In this document: positions 56,827-64,000 of the stretch, in pieces | Position numbering within the stretch: the first letter of the stretch is position 1 | Layout: each line of letters begins with the position of its first letter | From: a virus | DNA length: 64,000 bases | Reading direction: 5' to 3' (one strand) | IMG/VR virus record: IMGVR_UViG_3300031994_000101 | Location: 1-64,000 of that record | Made by a program: the position numbers and the translations under genes | The notes under the pieces: generated by a model | Seen by the model: the letters and a program-made list of their open reading frames with translations, nothing else | Databases searched by the model: none | What the model was told of the DNA's origin: nothing

Positions 56827-57201
56827 ATGAATACACTGACAATAACGCTTGTCTCCGTCCTGCTGACGTCTTTCCTTGGTGTCATCATTGGCTATGCCCG
56901 CTACGTACACAACCTGAAGGAGCGCGTGTCGGTACTGGAAAGCAAGATCGACGACCTGAAGCAGGAACTCGACTCGCTGAAGGAGAACATCTACAAAGAC
57001 ATCAGCCGCATGCAAGACAGACTCGACAGTCACTCAAAGAAACAGGATGCAATCCTCGACCGTATCGGTGCGATGGAGAAGGAAGTACTGAAAGAGATGG
57101 GCGCGATGGGTGCCAACATCTCGTCGCTGGCATCCGACCTCAAAGGACTGAACAAGCTGATATCCGTCTCGGATTACGGCATAAAGATTAATCGCAACTA
57201 A
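56827..57201 (+). CDS. membrane-anchored coiled-coil protein (holin/spanin-like candidate)
   Basis: N-terminal TM then heptad coiled coil. Confidence 0.4.
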   Translation: MNTLTITLVSVLLTSFLGVIIGYARYVHNLKERVSVLESKIDDLKQELDSLKENIYKDISRMQDRLDSHSKKQDAILDRIGAMEKEVLKEMGAMGANISSLASDLKGLNKLISVSDYGIKINRN

Positions 57202-57205
57202 CGAT

Positions 57206-57565
57206 ATGGGAGAAATTATAAAACATACAGGCAACGAACTGCGCGAGCGGTGGATGAAGCGGATGCCGCCGTTCTTCAGGGCTCTTGTGAGGATTTGCGT
57301 CGGCATCGTGGCCACCGCCACCACCGTCAACTTCGCCGTGCCCGCCCTTGGCGGTTCGCTCTACGACTGGTGGCCGGGCGTATATACGCATATCCTCGTG
57401 GGCAGCATCTGCATCGTGATGGTGTGCAAGCTCACCGTTGCGGGCGGATACAAGGAGCTGGACCCGGAGGAGCTGCTGCGCGGCAAGATGGGAAGGCATA
57501 TACAGATGGAGCACGACATTGACGAGCAGATAGACAGCGAACAGCCGGGGGACTTACAGGGATAG
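57206..57565 (+). CDS. small membrane protein (holin-like candidate)
   Basis: 2-3 hydrophobic helices, charged C-terminus. Confidence 0.4.
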   Translation: MGEIIKHTGNELRERWMKRMPPFFRALVRICVGIVATATTVNFAVPALGGSLYDWWPGVYTHILVGSICIVMVCKLTVAGGYKELDPEELLRGKMGRHIQMEHDIDEQIDSEQPGDLQG

Positions 57566-57685
57566 ACTTAAACAAGTAATCATATTGTTCATAAATTTAT
57601 TTTTACATTCGGCGTGGCGACGCCATAGTTTGTTTTTAAGGTTAGCATTTTTTTATAGTTTTAGGTTTTTAGTTATTGAAGAATA

Positions 57686-57722
57686 AGAGACCGCAGTCCG
57701 TGACGGATAGCGGTCTCTTTCT
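57686..57722. terminator. intrinsic terminator (bidirectional candidate)
   Basis: AGAGACCGC..(inner TCCG/CGGA)..GCGGTCTCT followed by TTTCTTC; sits at the plus/minus strand convergence. Confidence 0.6.
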
Positions 57723-57819
57723 TCATTCCTCATTTAGAAGTCATGCACATCCTCACCGTCCCACTCGCCGTTGACCGAGAATCCGAAGGTGCTCTGGGTG
57801 AGGATGTATGCGTGCTTCT

Positions 57820-58029
57820 TCATCGTTTTGTCTCCACAATTATCAGGTTCGACATGCTGGGGTTGACAGAGATAGATCCGTCGGATGCAAGGATTTCTAT
57901 GCCGCCAAAATTATCTGGTTTGATTTCATACCTGTTTCCGTCGTTGTCAGTTATCTCTACCCTTTGGTGTGGCGGGATTTCCATCTCTTGCCACTCCCTG
58001 TTTTCGTTTCTGAATCTTAATTTTCCCAT
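57820..58029 (-). CDS. hypothetical protein (69 aa)
   Basis: ORF. Confidence 0.4.
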   Translation of the reverse strand: MGKLRFRNENREWQEMEIPPHQRVEITDNDGNRYEIKPDNFGGIEILASDGSISVNPSMSNLIIVETKR

Positions 58030-58042
58030 AATTCGTTTTGAT

Positions 58043-58255
58043 TTAAACTGAAAAATAATCCTGCCTCTTTGCAGATTTTCTCTCTTTTACGCTGAAGCGT
58101 TTGCAGCGGACAATAATCCTGCCAAGATCCATGTCCACTTCACAGTCTGTAGCCTTGAACACAAGTTCAAGCCCTTTATCGGCTCTCATGCTCACAGAGC
58201 CCTTTGCTTCAATCTTTTCTTTATCAACAACAATTTTCATGTTTCTGTCCTCCAA
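58043..58255 (-). CDS. hypothetical protein (70 aa)
   Basis: ORF. Confidence 0.4.
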   Translation of the reverse strand: MEDRNMKIVVDKEKIEAKGSVSMRADKGLELVFKATDCEVDMDLGRIIVRCKRFSVKERKSAKRQDYFSV

Positions 58256-58281
58256 CTTCCGTTCTTTCCGTTTTTTAATTA

Positions 58282-58467
58282 TTACTTGCTATAGTCATTG
58301 CGTATCTTCGTCAGTATGCAGCCCACCATGTATGCCTGCTTGTCGCGCGGGTTATCTCGCAGGTTCTCACGGGTCTGCTCCAGGAGCACGTTGGCAAACT
58401 TCACCACGGCTTCGGGCGTGATGTCGTCCATATCGACGGCGACAGTGCCGCGTCGGATGCGTCCCAT
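58282..58467 (-). CDS. hypothetical protein (61 aa)
   Basis: ORF. Confidence 0.35.
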   Translation of the reverse strand: MGRIRRGTVAVDMDDITPEAVVKFANVLLEQTRENLRDNPRDKQAYMVGCILTKIRNDYSK

Positions 58468-58878
58468 ACATGATTAGCCAGTACGAATAATTTTCTTGTT
58501 GCCATAGTTGTATCGTTTTGATTTTTTTGTTTCGTTGTAGCGGTTGCAAAGATACGAATAATTCCTGATACTGCGCTCGCATTAAGATTTATTTATTTTC
58601 TGTTACGGCCAGGCCGCGCTTGGCGGCCTTGGCGTAGAAATCTCGGCGGCACTCCTCGGTTGGGAGCCACGCGAGGGTGCGCAGTTCCCTGCCGTCGGGT
58701 GCCGTGAGGGTGAGGGGATATACATTCGGTGTCATAGACTCAGATGCTTAATACAGGCCATACTGCCCTACCCTTTCTTCTTTATTCCAGTCGTGCTCGT
58801 AGTAGCTGCCACGATAGCACTTGCTGCAGCGCTCGCCATCATGCTTGCAGGTGTCGCAATAGCCAAACTTTCCCATAG

Positions 58879-59223
58879 TTATGCTGCCTTTAATTTTTCC
58901 ATTAAGAGTTGCTTTAAGCCAAGGTCATTGCCGAAGAGTTTCGTGATTGTGCAAAGGGTGTTTATGACGTCATCCACATAGCCCGTTCCGATGTACGGGT
59001 GTTCAGGAGCCAGTTTCTTAACCAGTCCTTTGGCGGTATAGGTTCCGTGCAACCGTCCTACTTCCTCGGCGTGCCGCAGGTCTATCTTGTAGAGAAACAC
59101 GCTCTTGCCGTCGCTCTTTCTCACACCGTCATACACACTGTCGTAGCAGTATTTCACACAGAAGAAGCGTTCGATGATTTCCCACTCGCCTCTCGTTGCC
59201 TTCACTTTGATTGTTGATTCCAT
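58879..59223 (-). CDS. hypothetical protein (114 aa)
   Basis: ORF. Confidence 0.45.
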   Translation of the reverse strand: MESTIKVKATRGEWEIIERFFCVKYCYDSVYDGVRKSDGKSVFLYKIDLRHAEEVGRLHGTYTAKGLVKKLAPEHPYIGTGYVDDVINTLCTITKLFGNDLGLKQLLMEKLKAA

Positions 59224-59228
59224 AGCCG

Positions 59229-59459
59229 TTACTTATTTATGTTTCCTTTGTCTATTAGCTTTCCGTCCTCCCAGAGTTCTATTTCCCCGTATGTGAGCTT
59301 GGGAAAATCGTGGAACATCATGGCGAGATACGCCTGTTGTTCTCTCTTGCCCTGTATGCTCACTCCTGTAAGGTTGTTGAAGATGATGGCGCAGGTGGGA
59401 TTTCCCTCGCCTGGCGCATTCATCACCGTTTGTCCGTTTTGTATGATTTTCTGTGCCAT
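59229..59459 (-). CDS. hypothetical protein (76 aa)
   Basis: ORF. Confidence 0.4.
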   Translation of the reverse strand: MAQKIIQNGQTVMNAPGEGNPTCAIIFNNLTGVSIQGKREQQAYLAMMFHDFPKLTYGEIELWEDGKLIDKGNINK

Positions 59460-59474
59460 AGTCTGTTTGATGTT

Positions 59475-59780
59475 TTAATGTTTGACAACGGTAAAATACT
59501 GCGAGTCGTCAACTATGCTACGGTCTTCACCAACCCATGTCACGGCTCTGTCAGGCTCCAGTGTCCTGACGTGATCCTTCATTTTGAAGTGAAGCTCATA
59601 GTCGGCTTTGTCTCCCGCGAAGACGATGCACCACGTTTTGCCGTCGTTCCATTCCTCGTCAACGATGTCGGTCGCTTGGTTCCTCTTCGACTTACTGAGT
59701 TTTGTCAGATCGTCACTGACGATGGCCGTCACCTTGACGACCTCGCCGTTTGATTTGAATGTACATTTGATAGTTCTCAT
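59475..59780 (-). CDS. hypothetical protein (101 aa)
   Basis: ORF. Confidence 0.45.
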   Translation of the reverse strand: MRTIKCTFKSNGEVVKVTAIVSDDLTKLSKSKRNQATDIVDEEWNDGKTWCIVFAGDKADYELHFKMKDHVRTLEPDRAVTWVGEDRSIVDDSQYFTVVKH

Positions 59781-59795
59781 AGTTCGCTTGATGTT

Positions 59796-59990
59796 CTAAT
59801 GATTACCTTCCACTTCGATTACCTCATGCGCTATGCCGATGAAGGTCAGCCATTCGCTTGCTCGCTTTGCTTCTGCTTCGTCCATCTTCAGACATAGCGT
59901 CTTGTCGTCAATGAACCGTGTCGGGCGGAGCCTATGCAGGTACTCCGTGCAGTTCTTCCTGTCGTTCCAGATTTTGATTGTCTTTGCCAT
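59796..59990 (-). CDS. hypothetical protein (64 aa)
   Basis: ORF. Confidence 0.4.
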   Translation of the reverse strand: MAKTIKIWNDRKNCTEYLHRLRPTRFIDDKTLCLKMDEAEAKRASEWLTFIGIAHEVIEVEGNH

Positions 59991-60005
59991 GGTCGTTTAC
60001 TTATT

Positions 60006-60548
60006 TTAATAGTTTATCGTCTTGTAAATCCAGTCGATGATTGCCTGCAGCGTCTCGTCCTTCAGTTGATCAGGGCGAACGTAGAGCTGCTGCGTGTCAT
60101 AGAAATATCGGAACTTGAAGGCCAGCGGCATCTGCTCATTGTCAGGATTGTAAATCATAGCTTCGCAAAGCTCGGTCATATAGGCTCTGCCCCAGTCCAC
60201 CAGGCATCCGTTGAGATCGTGGAGCGGCTTGTCAACCCAGAAATCCACCACGAGCTTTCCATCCTCGTCGTCGTACATGCTATTGTAGAGCCTACCCAGG
60301 TTACGGGAGTGTTCGCGGGCATCCCAGATGTCGGCCATCAACTCCCTCAACTGCTCTACCTTGGCACGTTTCAAGTCACCGAAGCGGTAGGTGTTGCCGC
60401 TCCGCACGTCCTTGATATACTCGATATCCTCGATGCAGCCTGTGTAAGTATTGAGATACCACTGCTTCACATCCTCCAGGGTAGAAAACCCGGGGTCAAT
60501 CACGGCCGAGAACTGTCCGTCGGTCTTGTCAAAAATCTGTACTAACAT
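60006..60548 (-). CDS. hypothetical protein (180 aa)
   Basis: ORF. Confidence 0.5.
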   Translation of the reverse strand: MLVQIFDKTDGQFSAVIDPGFSTLEDVKQWYLNTYTGCIEDIEYIKDVRSGNTYRFGDLKRAKVEQLRELMADIWDAREHSRNLGRLYNSMYDDEDGKLVVDFWVDKPLHDLNGCLVDWGRAYMTELCEAMIYNPDNEQMPLAFKFRYFYDTQQLYVRPDQLKDETLQAIIDWIYKTINY

Positions 60549-60558
60549 AGTCGTTTAC

Positions 60559-61845
60559 GATTTTAGTGCGGGAATGCCCTTTCCTTCAGGTAAGGGATGA
60601 AAGCACCCCGTATGTTAATAATTTAGATATCTATCTCAAATATTCGACACTCTCCAAAATATTTCATACCTTTGCCGCATGATTGCCTACAAATACAAGC
60701 TGTATCGTACCGATAGGACGAAGCACCTGGATAAGATGCTCCGCGAGGCTTGCTTTGTGTGGAACCATGCTCTGGTCATGCAGAAGCGGTACTACCGTCT
60801 GTATGGCAAGTACATCAATACGAACAGGATGCAGAAACATTTCGCCAAACGTATATCGAGAAACCTGCTGCATTCGCAGACCGTTCAGGAGATTCTTCAG
60901 CGGCTCGATACCGCCTATCAGCGATTCTTCAGCCGTCTGGCCAAGCGTCCCCCGAAATTCCGCAAGGCAAAGGATTTCTCTTCCATCCTGTTCAAACAGG
61001 GCGGCTATTCCCTGAATGGCAACGTCCTGACAATAAACAGCATCAAGAAACGCTTCAAGTTCTCGTTGAGCCGTCCGTATGCAGGAAAGGTCAAGACCCT
61101 CACCGTCAAACGGAACCACATCGGAGAGTTCTTCATCGTCATGGTGCTCGATCAGTCCCCTCAGTCCATCGGAAAGTCACATAATGGTGCATCCGTCGGT
61201 ATCGACTTCGGACTGAAGAAGTACATGACGATGAGCGACGGCACGACTGTTGACAATCCGCAGTTCCTGAAGAGCGGACTGCGCCAGTTGCAGCGTAAGT
61301 CTCGGAACCTCTCGAAATGTGTGCCTGGCTCCCATAACCGGGAACGGAAGCGTCTGGATCTTGACAGACACTATGAGAAGGTGGTCAATCAGCGCAATGC
61401 CTTCCAGTGGCATCTCGCCCATCAGCTGTGCCAGAAGTACGATAGGATATTCATTGAAGACCTGCAACTCACTGGCATGTCTGCCCTCTGGGGCAGGAAG
61501 ATGGCCGACCTGGCACACGGGGAGTTTGTGCTGAAGCTCCAGTACGTGGCCACCAAGTATGGTGTCACCGTCCACAAGATCGACCGCTACTACCCGTCAT
61601 CCAAGAGGTGTACGTGCGGCTACGTGAATCATGGCCTGCAACTCCATGAGCGTACATGGGTATGTCCTGAGTGCGGCACAGTCCACAAGCGGGACTTGCT
61701 TGCAGCCAACAATATTCTTCGGCAGGGCATTGCCGAATTGGAGAGTGTCAGTAAGTCAAAGAACGCCGTTGGCGCTTCTTCGCGGTCACGCCTGCATCCA
61801 AGAATCTCATTCCTTCAGGGGTGAGAGTATGTCAAAAAAACGACA
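60559..61845 (+). mobile_element. IS200/IS605-family TnpB-only element (IS1341-like); ends approximate
   Basis: tnpB ORF flanked by subterminal hairpins sharing CCTTCAGG core (60577..60596 and 61805..61826); TTAC at 60555-58 just outside putative LE. Confidence 0.55.
60679..61824 (+). CDS. tnpB: TnpB (OrfB) RNA-guided nuclease-family transposase accessory protein
   Basis: N-term IAYKYKLYRT..; GIDFGLK (RuvC-I); zinc finger CTCG..CPECG; RuvC-III ..DLLAANNI. Confidence 0.85.
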   Translation: MIAYKYKLYRTDRTKHLDKMLREACFVWNHALVMQKRYYRLYGKYINTNRMQKHFAKRISRNLLHSQTVQEILQRLDTAYQRFFSRLAKRPPKFRKAKDFSSILFKQGGYSLNGNVLTINSIKKRFKFSLSRPYAGKVKTLTVKRNHIGEFFIVMVLDQSPQSIGKSHNGASVGIDFGLKKYMTMSDGTTVDNPQFLKSGLRQLQRKSRNLSKCVPGSHNRERKRLDLDRHYEKVVNQRNAFQWHLAHQLCQKYDRIFIEDLQLTGMSALWGRKMADLAHGEFVLKLQYVATKYGVTVHKIDRYYPSSKRCTCGYVNHGLQLHERTWVCPECGTVHKRDLLAANNILRQGIAELESVSKSKNAVGASSRSRLHPRISFLQG

Positions 61846-61850
61846 TTGGC
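61650..61850 (+). ncRNA. candidate omega (re)RNA overlapping tnpB 3' end and right-end hairpin
   Basis: By analogy with IS605-family architecture; boundaries not determinable from sequence alone. Confidence 0.3.
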
Positions 61851-61854
61851 ACAG

Positions 61855-62130
61855 ATGCTGCAATTCTTTGTAGCCGACGGCAAGAAACATCACATCGTCT
61901 ATATGAAGGCGGAAGAGAACCCTAAGCTGACGAAGGAAGAGAACATCTACGTGAATATCACGTTTGCTTCAGGTGCTGCCTGCACGAAGATTATTAAGGG
62001 CACGCTGGAGTTCGGCTGCGAGTACCTTGTGTCCCGTGGTGAGGAGCTGGGCTTCGGCTTAAAGCCTGACGTGGTATGCGAATACAGCAGCCACTGGCCC
62101 TGGGAATATTGCTATCTCTATAAACTTTAA
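61855..62130 (+). CDS. hypothetical protein (start at ATG 61855; track ORF uses TTG 61846)
   Basis: ORF. Confidence 0.4.
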   Translation: MLQFFVADGKKHHIVYMKAEENPKLTKEENIYVNITFASGAACTKIIKGTLEFGCEYLVSRGEELGFGLKPDVVCEYSSHWPWEYCYLYKL

Positions 62131-62143
62131 AACGAACACGACT

Positions 62144-62344
62144 ATGGCATACATGAGTTATTGCAGATTTGAAGGCACCGTCTTCGACTTCGGCGAGTGT
62201 ATCGAAGACCTGAAGAAAGGCAAAGTGTTGAACCAGTATGAAGAGCCCTACCGCCACACGCTCTACAAGATGGCGAAGGAATACATCACGGCATACGAGA
62301 ACTATACTCCCAAGCCCGACGATGACGACGAGGAAGAGGACTAA
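62144..62344 (+). CDS. acidic hypothetical protein (66 aa), followed by hairpin 62376..62404
   Basis: ORF; CCTCATATC..GATATGAGG inverted repeat after stop. Confidence 0.45.
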   Translation: MAYMSYCRFEGTVFDFGECIEDLKKGKVLNQYEEPYRHTLYKMAKEYITAYENYTPKPDDDDEEED

Positions 62345-62453
62345 ACCCCTTACCTCGGTCGGCCTCTGAACCGTTACCTCATATCGATCACAAACGGATA
62401 TGAGGTATCGGCTTCCACACAAGATTATTAACCCCCAAAAAACATTTCAAGTT

Positions 62454-62876
62454 ATGAGCAAGACAAAGAACCAGGTCATCGACCAGAAAGACTGGACGAA
62501 GTACGTCATCAGTCACAATCTCGACAAGGATGGCTTCGGAGCCTATATCCCTGGCCTCGGATGTCGCAACGTGACACTGCAAGAACTCTCCGACTACTAC
62601 TATTGGCCGGGCGACGTGCGAGGCTTCTTCTTCGACATGTGCCAGCACGCCCTGCCAGATACCGTTACGTTCAAGCAGAGTCTCGGCAGCGTAAAGATAA
62701 CCGCAAAGATGACGTTCCACGGAGGCCGCGAGTGGATAGACTTCCGCCCCGTGAGCGAGGACTTCGCCAAGCAGGAAGGCAAGATTGAGATGTGCCACAG
62801 CGACTGGATAGACCTGCTGCGCAGCGACCTGAAGAACGGTACCCGAAAACTCCTGAACGGACAGACAACAGAGTAA
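62454..62876 (+). CDS. hypothetical protein, N-terminus MSKTKNQVIDQ duplicated in next gene
   Basis: ATG 62454; identical 55-bp upstream+5' block as 62877..62935. Confidence 0.5.
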   Translation: MSKTKNQVIDQKDWTKYVISHNLDKDGFGAYIPGLGCRNVTLQELSDYYYWPGDVRGFFFDMCQHALPDTVTFKQSLGSVKITAKMTFHGGREWIDFRPVSEDFAKQEGKIEMCHSDWIDLLRSDLKNGTRKLLNGQTTE

Positions 62877-62901
62877 TAACCCCCAAAAAACAATTCAAGT
62901 T

Positions 62902-63609
62902 ATGAGCAAGACAAAGAACCAGGTCATCGACCAACAGAACGAGAACAAGAACCAGAGTATCAACCCCCGCCAGCGAGACCAGCGCCGCCTGAGCATCGAG
63001 ACGCTGACGGCACTCAACACCGCCGCCCACGCCGCCATGAAGGAGATACAGGGAGACCGCACCACGGCAGAGGTAGTCGGCGACAGCGAACTCTACTGCG
63101 ACCTCATGCAGATATCGCTGCTCGGCTATAACCGCTGGCTCGACTACGAGCGCAAGCAGCAACAGTACCGCGACATGGATATGGACGCCCTGCTGAAAGA
63201 ACTCTACCAGCGCATGCAGATGTATCACCACTACCAGGAGTGCAAGGGCCGCGAACTGCCCGGCATCCAGTGCCGAATGGAGAAGAACGGCGTGTTCGCC
63301 CTCGTGCTCGGAGAGTGCGCCCTCAATCTGGAGCACACCTTCGAGGACGACAGTACCACCAGCGGAAAGGAAGGCCGCCTGTTCTGCATCGGCCTGAACA
63401 TCCCTCTGCTCGACAGCGTGGACCCCGAAGACCCGCAAAGCCACCTCTATGGCGAGTACGACGAGTTCCTTTCGTTCTGCTGCGAGTTCACCGACGGCGA
63501 CGACCGCGAGTGCCGCGACGTCTATCCCAGCGAGTACAGTCACGAGCGGGTCATCCGCTCCATCCTCGCACAGCTCGACCAGATAGGTGAGTTGGCTAAC
63601 GAGCAGTAA
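62902..63609 (+). CDS. hypothetical protein (235 aa), N-terminus MSKTKNQVIDQ
   Basis: ORF. Confidence 0.5.
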   Translation: MSKTKNQVIDQQNENKNQSINPRQRDQRRLSIETLTALNTAAHAAMKEIQGDRTTAEVVGDSELYCDLMQISLLGYNRWLDYERKQQQYRDMDMDALLKELYQRMQMYHHYQECKGRELPGIQCRMEKNGVFALVLGECALNLEHTFEDDSTTSGKEGRLFCIGLNIPLLDSVDPEDPQSHLYGEYDEFLSFCCEFTDGDDRECRDVYPSEYSHERVIRSILAQLDQIGELANEQ

Positions 63610-64000
63610 GCACGAGAGAGAAATAATTAACATTTTTAACCCCCTAAAAAACAAGTAACGAATTATGATTGAGAACTGGTTTATTGGCGCCTTTGCATGG
63701 CTGTGGTTTATTCAATGGTGCTATAAGAAGTAAGCGACCTTATGCAGAACTATATTGACCCCGATATGCGGGAACTGATTGACGCACTGAGCAAGTGCAT
63801 CGTGCCTAATCACAAGGCGGTGTGGCGGGTGAACAGCCACGTGCCTTACTACTCACGGGGCCGCTACAAACGGGTGGCCTGAAAAATTTTTCCGCGAAAA
63901 GTTTGCAGGGATGGAATAAAGTTCTTATCATGTGCCGCCGTCCAAGCGGCTATTTTTGTGCCCACAACTTTAGCGGAATATTAACGTCTAATCAATTGAC

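Noticed and set aside
1-64000. Searched for integrase, att-site direct repeats, tRNA genes, terminase, portal and major capsid genes
   Set aside because: No Tyr/Ser recombinase motifs, cloverleaf-compatible segments or terminase Walker-A proteins of suitable size were found in this window. Whether the element is an integrated prophage or a free phage contig cannot be decided.

Overview
A phage or prophage segment of about 57% GC. Several proteins look Bacteroidetes-like (DUF3127, a DUF1566-type variable protein, boxes resembling the Bacteroidetes -7 consensus TAnnTTTG), but Shine-Dalgarno-like signals are unusually prominent for that phylum. No integrase, tRNA, terminase, portal or capsid gene could be recognised in the window.

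Layout:
- 1..8200, minus strand: a late/structural-looking block that ends in a complete diversity-generating retroelement (DGR). The DGR comprises a reverse transcriptase (3274..4470), a template repeat (4514..4700), a 226-aa accessory gene that is not Avd-like (4852..5532), and a target gene (5654..6547) whose C-terminal variable repeat (5657..5843) differs from the template only at template adenines.
- 8264..8773, minus strand: an HTH repressor-like gene, with a divergent switch region to its right.
- 9029..51711, plus strand: a long early/middle block. It carries a C5-methyltransferase with a double frameshift, a CHC2 primase/SF3 helicase, a translation initiation factor IF-1 homologue, a DnaQ-like exonuclease, an SPFH protein and a radical-SAM enzyme next to a Cys-rich small ORF. 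It also carries an ASCH protein, a Tad2-like DUF2829 protein, an acyl carrier protein, YopX, a metallophosphoesterase, a beta-class amino-methyltransferase, a second C5-methyltransferase, a SplB-like radical-SAM enzyme, DUF4406, DUF3127, a phage Dam-type methyltransferase and many small hypotheticals.
- 52373..57565, plus strand: a large structural protein, a second structural candidate and two small membrane proteins, ending in an intrinsic terminator.
- 57733..60548, minus strand: an island of small unknown genes.
- 60559..61845: an IS200/IS605-family TnpB-only element.
- 61855 to the end, plus strand: further small genes.

Recurrent sequence signals:
- GGAGGACTGA immediately upstream of 11 start codons.
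- AAGAGCGATATG start contexts, about 12 copies.
- Five copies of an intergenic A/T-box plus GNRA-tetraloop hairpin element.
- Two related GC-rich hairpin elements.
- Iteron-like GAACAT repeats inside one gene.
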